From: Nemertoderma westbladi
Lineage: Eukaryota; Animalia; Xenacoelomorpha
Length of the DNA stretch: 64,000 nt
Direction of reading: 5' to 3'
Assembly (NCBI GenBank): GCA_032718475.1
Contig: JAUCBJ010004458.1
Span: 13,413 to 77,412 of the forward strand
Every line of letters begins with the position of its first letter. Within the stretch, counting starts at the first letter, position 1. Under the pieces are notes generated by a model that was not told the DNA's origin, did no database searches, and saw only the letters and a list, made by a program, of their open reading frames with translations. Positions 51,701-64,000 of this stretch are shown here, one piece after another. The position numbers and the translations under genes are program-made.

Positions 51701-54700
51701 TTGTTATGGTCATATATATACAGGAATGTGATTGGTTAGGTCTGAAAGACGGCGACATACCTGGTTATGGTCATATACAGTATATACAGGAATGTGATTA
51801 TTGGTTAGGTCTGAAAGACGGCGACATACCTGGTTATGGTCATATATATACAGGAATGTGATTGGTTAGGTCTGAAAGACGGCGACCTACCTGGTTGTGG
51901 TCGTATATATACAGGAATGTGATTGGTTAGGTCTGAAAGAGGGCGACCTACCTGGTTATGGTCGAATATATTCAGGAATGTGATTGGTTAGGTATGAAAG
52001 ACGGCGACCTAACTGGTTGTTATGGTCATATATATACAGCAATGTGATTGGTTAGGTCTGAAAGACAGCGACCTACCTGGTTATGGTGGTATATATTCAG
52101 GAATGTGATTGGTTAGGTCTGAAAGACGGCGACCTACCTGGTTATGGTCATATATATACAGGGATGTGATTGGTTAGGTCTGAAAGACGGCGACCTACCT
52201 GGTTATGGTCGTATATATACAGGAATGGGATTGGTTAGGTCTGAAAGACGGCGACCTACCTGTTTATATGGTCGTATATATTCAGGAATGTGATGTTAGG
52301 TCTGAAAGGCGGCGAACTACCTGGTTATGGTCATATATATACAGGAATGTGATTGGTTAGGTCTGAAAGGCGGCGACCTACCTGGTTATGGTCGTATATA
52401 TTCAGGAATGTGATTGGTTAGGTATAAAAGACGGCGCCCTAACTGGTTGTTATGGTCATATATATATATATATACGGGAATGTGTTTGGTTAGGTCTGAA
52501 AGACAACGACCTAACTGGTTGTTATGGTCATATATATACAGGAATGTGATTGGTTAGGTCTGAAAGACGGCGACATACCTGGTTATGGTCATATATATAC
52601 AGGAATGTGATTGGTTATGTCTGAAAGGCGGCGACCTAACTTGTTGTTATGGTCATATATACATATATATACAGGAATGTGATTGGTTAGGTCTGAAAGA
52701 CGGCGACATACCTGGTTATGGTCATATATATACAGGAATGTGATTGGTTAGGTCTGAAAGACGGCGACATACCTGGTTATGGTCGTATATATTCAGGAAT
52801 GTGATGTTAGGTCTGAAAGGCGGCGAACTACCTGGTTATGATCATATATATACAGGAATGTGATTGGTTAGGTCTGAAAGACGGCGACCTACCTGGTTAT
52901 GGTCATATATATACAGGAATGTGATTGGTTAGGTCTGAAAGACGGCGACCTACCTGGTTATGGTCATATATATACAGGAATGTGATTGGTTAGGTCTGAA
53001 AGACGGCAACATACCTGGTTGTGGTCGTATATATTCAGGAATGTGATTGGTTATGTCTGAAAGACGGCGACATACCTGGTTATAGTCATATATATACAGG
53101 AATGTGATTGGTTAGGTCTGAAAGACGGCGACATACCTGGTTATGGTCATATATATACAGGAATGTGATTGGTTAGGTCTGAAAGACGGCGACATACCTG
53201 GTTATGGTCATATATATACAGGAATGTGATTGGTTAGGTCTGAAAGACGGCGACGTACCTGGTTATGGTCATATATATACAGGAATGTGATTAGTTAGGT
53301 CTGAAAGACGGCGACATACCTGGTTGGTTATGGTCATATATATACAGGAATGTGATTGGTTAGGTCTGAAAGACGGCGACATACCTGGTTATGGTCATAT
53401 ATATACAGGAATGTGATTGGTTAGGTCTGAAAGACGGCGACATACCTGGTTATGGTCATATATATACAGGAATGTGATTGGTTAGGTCTGAAAGACGGCG
53501 ACATACCTGGTTATGGTCGTATATATTCAGGAATGTGATTGGTTATGTCTGAAAGACGGCGACCTACCTGGTTATGGTCATATATATACAGGAATGTGAT
53601 TGGTTAGGTCTGAAAGACGGCGACATACCTGGTTATGGTCATATATATACAGGAATGTGATTGGTTAGGTCTGAAAGACGGCGACATACCTGGTTATGGT
53701 CATATATATACAGGAATGTGATTGGTTAGGTCTGAAAGACGGCGACATACCTGGATATGGTCATATATATACAGGAATGTGATTGGTTAGGTCTGAAAGA
53801 CGGCGACATACCTGGTTATGGTCGTATATATTCAGGAATGAGATTGGTTAGGTCTGAAAGACGGCGACATACCTGGTTATGGTCATATATATACAGGAAT
53901 GTGATTGGTTATGTCTGAAAGACGGCGACCTACCTGGTTATGGTCATATATATACAGGAATGTGATTGGTTAGGTCTGAAAGACGGCGACATACCTGGTT
54001 ATGGTCATATATATACAGGAATGTGATTGGTTAGGTCTGAAAGACGGCGACATACCTGGTTATGGTCATATATATACAGGAATGTGATTGGTTAGGTCTG
54101 AAAGACGGCGACATACCTGGTTATGGTCATATATATACAGGAATGTGATTGGTTAGGTCTGAAAGACGGCGACATACCTGGTTATGGTCGTATATATTCA
54201 GGAATGTGATTGGTTATGTCTGAAAGACGGCGACCTACCTGGTTATGGTCATATATATACAGGAATGTGATTGGTTAGGTCTGAAAGACGGCGACATACC
54301 TGGTTATGGTCATATATATACAGGAATGTGATTGGTTAGGTCTGAAAGACGGCGACATACCTGGTTATGATCATATATATACAGGAATGTGATTGGTTAG
54401 GTCTGAAAGACGGCGACATACCTGGTTATGGTCATATATATACAGGAATGTGATTGGTTAGGTCTGAAAGACGGCGACATACCTGGTTATGGTCATATAT
54501 ATACAGGAATGTGATTGGTTAGGTCTGAAAGACGGCGACATACCTGGTTATGGTCGTATATATTCAGGAATGTGATTGGTTATGTCTGAAAGACGGCGAC
54601 CTACCTGGTTATGGTCATATATATACAGGAATGTGATTGGTTAGGTCTGAAAGACGGCGACATACCTGGTTATGGTCATATATATACAGGAATGTGATTG

Positions 54701-57700
54701 GTTAGGTCTGAAAGACGGCGACATACCTGGTTATGGTCATATATATACAGGAATGTGATTGGTTAGGTCTGAAAGACGGCGACATACCTGGATATGGTCA
54801 TATATATACAGGAATGTGATTGGTTAGGTCTGAAAGACGGCGACATACCTGGTTATGGTCGTATATATTCAGGAATGTGATTGGTTAGGTCTGAAAGACG
54901 GCGACATACCTGGTTATGGTCATATATATACAGGAATGTGATTGGTTATGTCTGAAAGACGGCGACCTACCTGGTTATGGTCATATATATACAGGAATGT
55001 GATTGGTTAGGTCTGAAAGACGGCGACATACCTGGTTATGGTCATATATATACAGGAATGTGATTGGTTAGGTCTGAAAGACGGCGACATACCTGGTTAT
55101 GGTCATATATATACAGGAATGTGATTGGTTAGGTCTGAAAGACGGCGACATACCTGGTTATGGTCATATATATACAGGAATGTGATTGGTTAGGTCTGAA
55201 AGACGGCGACATACCTGGTTATGGTCGTATATATTCAGGAATGTGATTGGTTATGTCTGAAAGACGGCGACCTACCTGGTTATGGTCATATATATACAGG
55301 AATGTGATTGGTTAGGTCTGAAAGACGGCGACATACCTGGTTATGGTCATATATATACAGGAATGTGATTGGTTAGGTCTGAAAGACGGCGACATACCTG
55401 GTTATGATCATATATATACAGGAATGTGATTGGTTAGGTCTGAAAGACGGCGACATACCTGGTTATGGTCATATATATACAGGAATGTGATTGGTTAGGT
55501 CTGAAAGACGGCGACATACCTGGTTATGGTCATATATATACAGGAATGTGATTGGTTAGGTCTGAAAGACGGCGACCTACCTGGTTGTGGTCGTATATAT
55601 ACAGGAATGTGATTGGTTAAGTCTGAAAGACGATGACCTAACTGGTTGTTATGGTCATATATATACAGGAATGTGATTGGTTAGGTCTGAAAGACGGCGA
55701 CATACCTGGTTATGGTCATATACAGTATATACAGGAATGTGATTATTGGTTAGGTCTGAAAGACGGCGACATACCTGGTTATGGTCATATATATACAGGA
55801 ATGTGATTGGTTAGGTCTGAAAGACGGCGACCTACCTGGTTGTGGTCGTATATATACAGGAATGTGATTGGTTAGGTCTGAAAGAGGGCGACCTACCTGG
55901 TTATGGTCGAATATATTCAGGAATGTGATTGGTTAGGTATGAAAGACGGCGACCTAACTGGTTGTTATGGTCATATATATACAGCAATGTGATTGGTTAG
56001 GTCTGAAAGACAGCGACCTACCTGGTTATGGTGGTATATATTCAGGAATGTGATTGGTTAGGTCTGAAAGACGGCGACATACCTGGTTATGGTCATATAC
56101 AGTATATACAGGAATGTGATTATTGGTTAGGTCTGAAAGACGGCGACATACCTGGTTATGGTCATATATATACAGGAATGTGATTGGTTAGGTCTGAAAG
56201 ACGGCGACCTACCTGGTTGTGGTCGTATATATACAGGAATGTGATTGGTTAGGTCTGAAAGAGGGCGACCTACCTGGTTATGGTCGAATATATTCAGGAA
56301 TGTGATTGGTTAGGTATGAAAGACGGCGACCTAACTGGTTGTTATGGTCATATATATACAGCAATGTGATTGGTTAGGTCTGAAAGACAGCGACCTACCT
56401 GGTTATGGTGGTATATATTCAGGAATGTGATTGGTTAGGTCTGAAAGACGGCGACCTACCTGGTTATGGTCATATATATACAGGGATGTGATTGGTTAGG
56501 TCTGAAAGACGGCGACCTACCTGGTTATGGTCGTATATATACAGGAATGGGATTGGTTAGGTCTGAAAGACGGCGACCTACCTGTTTATATGGTCGTATA
56601 TATTCAGGAATGTGATGTTAGGTCTGAAAGGCGGCGAACTACCTGGTTATGGTCATATATATACAGGAATGTGATTGGTTAGGTCTGAAAGACGGCGACC
56701 TACCTGGTTATGGTCGTATATATACAGGAATGGGATTGGTTAGGTCTGAAAGACGGCGACCTACCTGTTTATATGGTCGTATATATTCAGGAATGTGATG
56801 TTAGGTCTGAAAGGCGGCGAACTACCTGGTTATGGTCATATATATACAGGAATGTGTTTGGTTAGGTCTGAAAGACGGCGACCTACCTGGTTATGGTCAT
56901 ATATATACAGGAATGTGATTGGTTAGGTCTGAAAGACGGCGACCTACCTGGTTATGGTCATATATATACAGGAATGTGATTGGTTAGGTCTGAAAGACGG
57001 CGACATACCTGGTTATGGTCATATATATACAGGAATGTGATTGGTTAGGTCTGAAAGACGGCGACCTACCTGGTTATGGTCATATATATACAGGAATGTG
57101 ATTGGTTAGGTCTGAAAGACGGCGACCTACCTGGTTATGGTCATATATATACAGGAATGTGATTGGTTAGGTCTGAAAGACGGCGACCTACCTGGTTATG
57201 GTCATATATATACAGGAATGTGATTGGTTAGGTCTGAAAGACGGCGACCTACCTGGTTATGGTCATATATATACAGGAATGTGATTGGTTAGGTCTGAAA
57301 GACGGCGACATACCTGGTTATGGTCATATATATACAGGAATGTGATTGGTTAGGTCTGAAAGACGGCGACATACCTGGTTATGGTCGTATATATTCAGGA
57401 ATGTGATTGGTTAGGTCTGAAAGACGGCGACATACCTGGTTATGGTCATATATATACAGGAATGTGATTGGTTAGGTCTGAAAGACGGCGACCTACCTGG
57501 TTATGGTCATATATATACAGGAATGTGATTGGTTAGGTCTGAAAGACGGCGACATACCTGGTTATGGTCATATATATACAGGAATGTGATTGGTTAGGTC
57601 TGAAAGACGGCGACATACCTGGTTATGGTCGTATATATTCAGGAATGTGATTGGTTAGGTATGAAAGACGGCGACCTACCTGGTTATGGTCATATATATA

Positions 57701-58885
57701 CAGGGATGTGATTGGTTCGGTCTGAAAGGCAACGACCTACCTGGTTATGGTCGTATATATACAGGAATGTGATTGGTTTGGTCTGAAAGACGTTGTTATG
57801 GTTATATATATACTGGAATGTGATTATTGGTTAGGTCTGAAAGACGGCGACATACCTGGTTATGGTCATATATATACAGGAATGTGATTATTGGTTAGGT
57901 CTGAAAGACGGCGACATACCTGGTTATGGTCGTATATATTCAGGAATGTGATTGGTTAGGTCTGAAAGACGGCGACCTACCTGGTTATGGTCGTATATAT
58001 ACAGGAATGGGATTATTGGTTAGGTCTGAAAGACGGCGACATACCTGGTTATGGTGATATATATACAGGAATGTGATTGGTTAGGTCTGAAAGACGGCGA
58101 CCTACCTGGTTATGGTCATATATATACAGGAATGTGATTATTGGTTAGGTCTGAAAGACGGCGACATACCTGGTTATGGTCATATATATACAGCAATGTG
58201 ATTGGTTAGGTCTGATAGACGGCGACATACCTGGTTATGGTCGTATATATTCAGGAATGTGATTGGTTAGGTATGAAAGACGGCGACCTACCTGGTTATG
58301 GTCATATATATACAGGGATGTGATTGGTTAGGTCTGAAAGACGGCGACCTTCCTGGTTATGGTCGTATATATACAGGAATGGGATTGATTAGGTCTGAAA
58401 GACGGCGACCTACCTGGTTATGGTCATATATATACAGGGATGTGATTGGTTAGGTCTGAAAGACGGCGACCTACCTGTTTATATGGTCGTATATATTCAG
58501 GAATGTGATGTTAGGTCTGAAAGACGGCGACCTAACTGGTTGTTATGGTCTCATATATACTGGAATGTGATTGGTTAGGTCTGAAAGGCGACGACCTACC
58601 GTGGTTATGGTTATGGACTTATGGTCATATATATATATATATATTCAGGAATGTGATTGGTTAGGTCTGAAATGCAACGACCTACCTGGTTATGGTCGTA
58701 TATATACAGGAATGTGATTGGTTTGGTCTGAAAGACGTTGTTATGGTTATATATATACTGGAATGTGACTGGTTGGGTCTGAAAGACGGCGACCTAACTG
58801 GTTGTTATGATCATATTATATACTGGAATGTGATTGGTTAGGTCTGAAAGACGGCGACCTACCTGGTTATGCTGGTATATATACA
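45790..58885. repeat. 13-kb satellite of 61-bp monomers with ~2.9-3.1-kb higher-order repeats
   Basis: Monomer TATATATACAGGAATGTGATTGGTTAGGTCTGAAAGACGGCGACATACCTGGTTATGGTCA; rare variants recur at 46431/49331/52422 and 47253/50161/53252. Confidence 0.97.
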
Positions 58886-59084
58886 AGAAGGAAGATACGG
58901 TAAGATGACGCGTCTCAATTTCAGAATCATGATCTGACCACGTGCCACTGGAGTAGGATCACGTGGTATTCCAGGTGGGAGGACGCAATGGCCTTTACTG
59001 AATTGACAATTGTGAGGCTATGATGACGTAAATTGCAGAATTATAACATATCAGGTAGCCTTTCCAGGTCTACCTGTATTGCAA

Positions 59085-59155
59085 GTTAATTTTGGAAGGT
59101 GTAGCGCGCCAGACTTCCTAACTGAAGGTCATCAGTTCGATCCCACCTGGGCGGC
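59085..59155 (+). mobile_element. tRNA-like SINE head
   Basis: B-box-like AGTTCGATCCC; similar to 42861-42930. Confidence 0.45.
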
Positions 59156-60417
59156 TATACCGATATTGATGATTAGCTGTCTGAATGAACATCATAATAA
59201 TGCCATACAATTAAGGTATCTTTGTAGTGAACCAATTTGAATATGGCAAAGCGTCTCCTTGACAACGTATAAGTGGCAACCAAACAACCAAATGAACATG
59301 GCAAAGGAAACTCATTTCTCAGGGTGACAACAAGTACGGGTGAACACAACTTGTCACAAACAAACTGTCGCAATTTCTGAAAAAGTAATTAATTTTTAGA
59401 ATCTCGCCGTCCGGTGGATTTATGAGTTTTGATTTAGTAGGTGGACTGGTGGGTGACCGTGACGGTAGTAGTAGCCATGGTGCGCAAGGAAGGTTATCAA
59501 TGCTCCTAGTCAATTAATACCAATGATTGATTTCTGAAAGTTCTGCTAAAACAAACAATAGGGAAATTGTATCGCTGATGGCGAACTGTGTCGCGTTGCG
59601 GGACTGACCGCTAATGCATGCCAAGCAAAATGCAAACTATGTGTGTGGGGGTGTTGTGGGTGTCTAATTAGTAACAAATATGAACACAATCATTTTAACT
59701 AGCGGTTGATCAAATGCAATTGAATTTTGGCACAGACAACAAGAAATCTATTTTAACCTTAATGCACACAGACATATATAAACATTACATTGCAATGCGT
59801 TAGTTTAGTTAGCATAGTACAATAATACCAAGTTACAACATATTTGGGTGGGATATATTATATTGAACGTGCACATATTAACTTATGCAGAGCAGAAACA
59901 CCAATATGTAAAACTTCAGTATAAACATGAAAAGCAATCGTTCAAAATATGGCTGCTATTTAAATCTTACCTGCTTTTTTCCAGTTCATTGTGGGAAGAC
60001 CTAAAAAACGAAAATCCCATTTATAATATATATCCGCCTATTAATTTGTATAATTAGACCATGATGGACGTGTGGTGCAAACATATGCCAGGTATATATT
60101 TATTGGAGAATATTCGTACCTCACACTAACTGGTACTTCTAGAGGAATTTAAATAAATAAAGCAAGCTAGTCCTAGTTCAGTGAGGTTATACTTAAACAC
60201 AGAATGTATTAATTAACACTTATACTGTGAGTTTGGCAACTTATTCTGTGTGTTTGCTTATGCTTAAAATTATATTGTGTATTTCCACAGTATACAGTTT
60301 GTGTTATTTTTATACGGGGGTGAGACCTGGACACTGACTAAATCACTTGAACAACGAATTGATGGTTGCTACACAAGACTACTAAGGGCAGCCCTAAACA
60401 TCAGCTGGAGACAACAC

Positions 60418-62140
60418 TAGGGATGTCCCGGAATCGATATTTTGATTCCGGCCGGAACCGGAACCGGAATTCAACATGCCGGAATATTCCGGCCGGAATT
60501 CCGGCCGGAACCGGAATTTTGTATAATTTAGTGAAATACACTAAATGACCCATGAAACCCTATAATTTTTTTGTGAAAGAATTTAATTTTGGCACGTTAC
60601 GGCCTTTTATGAGGACGGGAGGGGGGTACTTCAGCCTTATACGACAGGGAATTCAATTTCATTGTTTTTTCAAAAACCTATATCCTTGGCCAAAAGTTAG
60701 GTTTTTAGGCTCATACGTAGTATCGGGTTTCCTGGTTTCGCGTCTTTGGGTCGGTTAGTGCAATATCCTGGTGTCGTTAAGGGAAATGAGCATGTTACAG
60801 TGACATGTTATTCGAACCAGAACAATAAACGAGAGTTAATAGTACATCTTACAGTTTAATTTTGCTGGGAATAAATAGATTTCTGGTAAGAAATAGCTTT
60901 GCTATAAATATAAATAAACATACTGTATTATATACAGCACCTACGACACAGGGAATATTGACGCATGACCCAACGACCACACTTCCAGGACCTAAAGACG
61001 CAGGACCTGTACGTAGTGTAATAACGTTTTATGTTAGTTTTAGGTTAGCCTAGTGTATTTGTGTAATATTGTATTTGTAACCAAGTTACATAAAAGACCC
61101 CCTTGGAAATAAGCTGCAAAGCTTTAGGGGTAATCCTGTTGGACAATACCAATATTAATATTATCATATTATTTAATAATTATATCATAGTAAAATAATG
61201 TAAAATAAATGCATAATAATGTAAATCAATCTAAAAAACGTCACTTTATTAGCAAATTGTAAAACCACTCGTTAAGGCCCATGCTTCACACTGGTAAGTC
61301 TTATGTCGTAAGTCAAAATATATTATGGAACACCAACACATTGGTTTCAATGGGAGCGTCTCCACTCTACTGGTAATTCGCAAGTAACGACTTATGAGCG
61401 AAAGTGATTATGTCCCATGTTCCATCTTTTTTTGACAAACGACGCATAACTTAATGGCATGCTGAAAGCCTGGATTGATACCTTTGGGTATAGAATAACT
61501 TTGTAAATGTGAGACTCATCTTATATTTTTTAACAAATGACTTTTTACTTATGTGTTACCAGTGGAGCAAGGAAGGTGTAATTTTGACGTTCTAAAAACA
61601 GTTTTCATGTGACAATTTTTTGGAAATGTGATGCAAACCCATCAACACTAAATTGACTTAAAAAATAGGGGGTGGCAGAAATTATCCCTCGTTACAGGTT
61701 CATTAGCGTTTGGTGTAGTGGTTGCATTGAATTCCCATCTCTCTGGAGGTTGTGGGTTCGAACCTCGCATGGACCACGGCAGTTTTCTTTTCGGTACGAA
61801 TGATTTGAAGTGGCTAGAATGGGGTATCTCTATCTCCGCCTTGCATCCTTAAATGGTAGCTCTAAGCTAACGGCCGAAGAAACTTTACTTCTTTACTTTT
61901 TGTACAAGTGTTAACAAGTACTGCATCTTAAACAATAGTTTGTAAGTATATGTTAAAAAAATATATAAATTTTGATAATAATTTAACAAACTAATTGGCA
62001 ACTATCAAACTACTTAGGAAACTGGTAATTCCGGTAAAATTCCGGCCGGAATTGACCCCATTCCGGCAATTCCGGCCGGAACCGGAATCGGGCAATAACC
62101 GCCGGAATTCCGGCCGGAACGGAATTCCGGGACATCCCTA
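60418..62140. mobile_element. Non-autonomous hAT-like DNA transposon (1723 bp)
   Basis: Perfect 17-bp TIR TAGGGATGTCCCGGAAT, CCGGAA subterminal repeats, 8-bp TSD GACAACAC at 60410-60417 and 62141-62148. Confidence 0.9.
61700..61900 (+). mobile_element. tRNA-derived SINE inside the hAT element
   Basis: A-box TGGTGTAGTGG, B-box GGGTTCGAACC, CTTTA-type repeated tail. Confidence 0.6.
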
Positions 62141-64000
62141 GACAACACATGACAAACGCAGAGCTTTATGGTACAATACCACCTGTATCAACCACCCTCC
62201 GTGAACGCAGATTAAGATTCAGTGGGCACTGCTGGCGAAGTAAAGACGAGTTCATACCAGATCTACTTTTCTGGCAAACAATTCATGGAAAGCGTAGCGT
62301 AGGAACTTGAAAGGGATACTGAACTTGGGAGAAACGAAATTGTGACAACTATGGAGAATCGGGAAGCCGGGAAGGATTTCATTTCCACTGTCCGAGTTCG
62401 CTCGACCTAGTTGTAGTAGTAGTGTATTTCCACTATTTCTGTGGCGTTTTTCATTTGAAAGGGTTTGTGGAAAAATCTAAATTTTAGGCCATTTCTAGAA
62501 CCAAATGTGCCTTAGGGCCACCAGAAGCTTAATCCGGCACTGGTGTTTGGAAACTTATACTGTGGCATCAGAGTGTGGAAAAATATAGAGTGTGGAAACT
62601 TTCAAAGGTTGGGGCAAAATAATAAGGAAGAGTGTTTTAACTTGTACTGTGTAAAAGTTATGAAATTGAGTAAAGAAGGAAATTGAGAAAGAAGTTAAGA
62701 AGTAATTATTTAATTTAACAAAATTTAAGTGCCACAAATCATGTTGATCATTCACATCCGAATGGTGTCAGTTTCGTGAGATTATTATTTATCGCAGAAA
62801 CGATTGAGAAAAGCGCCTTGAAGACATTGCCCGCGGTGACTTAATAGCGATTATCATTAGATACGTTTAGCATAAAAACAATGGCCCAATCGATGGAATA
62901 GCGCAATAACTAGTTAATTGATCCAACGATGCTGTTACCAACTCCGTACGATCGCTGTTAGCGTGAACGGGATTCCCACCGTTCGCTCTTTTAATGAATA
63001 CAATTTGCCCGAGGTGTATGTGGTGCATAATACACCAGCAATGCAGGCACATACCGCAAAATAAATAAAACAAGGTTATCCAATGCATTAAAATCTGCGG
63101 TCACTGACCTACCACGGTCAATGCAAATAGAGGGAGTATTACTACACAGCCAGCGGGCGCACAAACTATAGATATTCAATGAAAGGTGTTGAGAAAGGCA
63201 GGATCTATCCAGCACATCAACCGAATGCCAGCGCATTGGAAATGACACGAATCCTTGACGCTGGGGGTGGGGGGGGGGGGGGGAGGGGGAGGGGGGGGGG
63301 GGGTTGTTGAGTAAAAGGAAATTCAATCGGGCAATTTAACTCCCGATAAATTAGGACACTACACTACTGTGTGTGCCGGTTTCTTATTTGATGTGAAATG
63401 AGCGGCTAGAAAGTGGAGAGTAGGGGGTAACGACCTATAGGATACGACCAAACCAATAGATTTAGGAATAACACAAAATGTACATTCCATACCACATTAC
63501 ACAAGTCAGAGCCAGGAGATATAAATAAAGTTAGTAGCCAAATTAGTGAGACAACTGGATAACCACCCTGGATATAATATTTGTATTCCCATAGTCTGTA
63601 ACTGAAGTAAATTACTTTATTTTAAATGGAATAATCCTAGATAAAAGTCCATTACACCGATATTGGTTATTTACGAGACGGAGACATGATATAGAAATTT
63701 ATGGATTGGTGATATCTGCTATCTTTGAGAAATTCACATAAAAAAGTGGACTGCACATGTTCAGTAGCAAACAAATATGATACTCGCCCGCATACAATTC
63801 CCGCATACAATGCATTATTGTAAGGCATTTCCTTTTGGCATTGTGCAGTTAATGGAAAATAAATAGTTTTCCGTCAATATCAAAGAACGAAGATCAGATA
63901 AGTCTCAAACAAAACAGCAGAGTTTTCTGGTGAAGTAGATGTTATATGTAACCAGTGATCAGCACATCGGTATGTTTCTTGTGACCTAAATGATATATAC

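Larger units (their letters stand above)
60289..62421 (+). mobile_element. 5'-truncated RTE LINE split by a hAT-like insertion
   Basis: LYGGETWTLTKSLEQRIDGCYTRLLRAALNISWRQH (to 60417) continues as MTNAELYG...RERRLRFSGHCWR...LLFWQ after 62148; (TAG)n tail; 12-bp TSD GTGTATTTCCAC at 60277-60288 and 62422-62433. Confidence 0.88.

Noticed and set aside
45790-58885. CRISPR array or protein-coding repeat
   Set aside because: No unique spacers; the 61-bp period breaks reading frames and the ORF track shows no ORF.

Overview
Eukaryotic, AT-rich, repeat-dense genomic DNA, most likely an invertebrate animal (spliceosomal introns, Mxd/Mieap/TTD14 genes, LINEs, SINEs, MITEs); it is not prokaryotic and has no CRISPR array. 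The first 6 kb hold three compact genes with intronless CDS: an MRPS26-like mitoribosomal protein with an unusual ~330-aa repeat-rich C-terminal extension, a TTD14-like P-loop/CYTH protein, and an HMGB-type protein. Next comes a spliced Mieap/SPATA18-like gene (+) whose last ~11-kb intron is filled with a 30-bp satellite carrying two nested insertions. A spliced Mxd/Mxi1-like bHLH-ZIP gene (-) has exons at about 39.7, 30.1 and 26.0 kb; its 5' exons were not found in the window. The rest is TE-derived: a young 5'-truncated LINE with poly(A) and a 15-bp TSD, several TIR elements with 7-9-bp TSDs, tRNA-type SINEs, a 13-kb 61-bp satellite with ~3-kb higher-order repeats, and a nested RTE>hAT stack at 60-62 kb. 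The most unusual observations are the MRPS26 extension, splice-signal motifs in both large satellites on the strand of the nearby gene, and a SINE with a 5' inversion of twin-priming geometry. All family assignments come from motif recognition by eye, not database searches.
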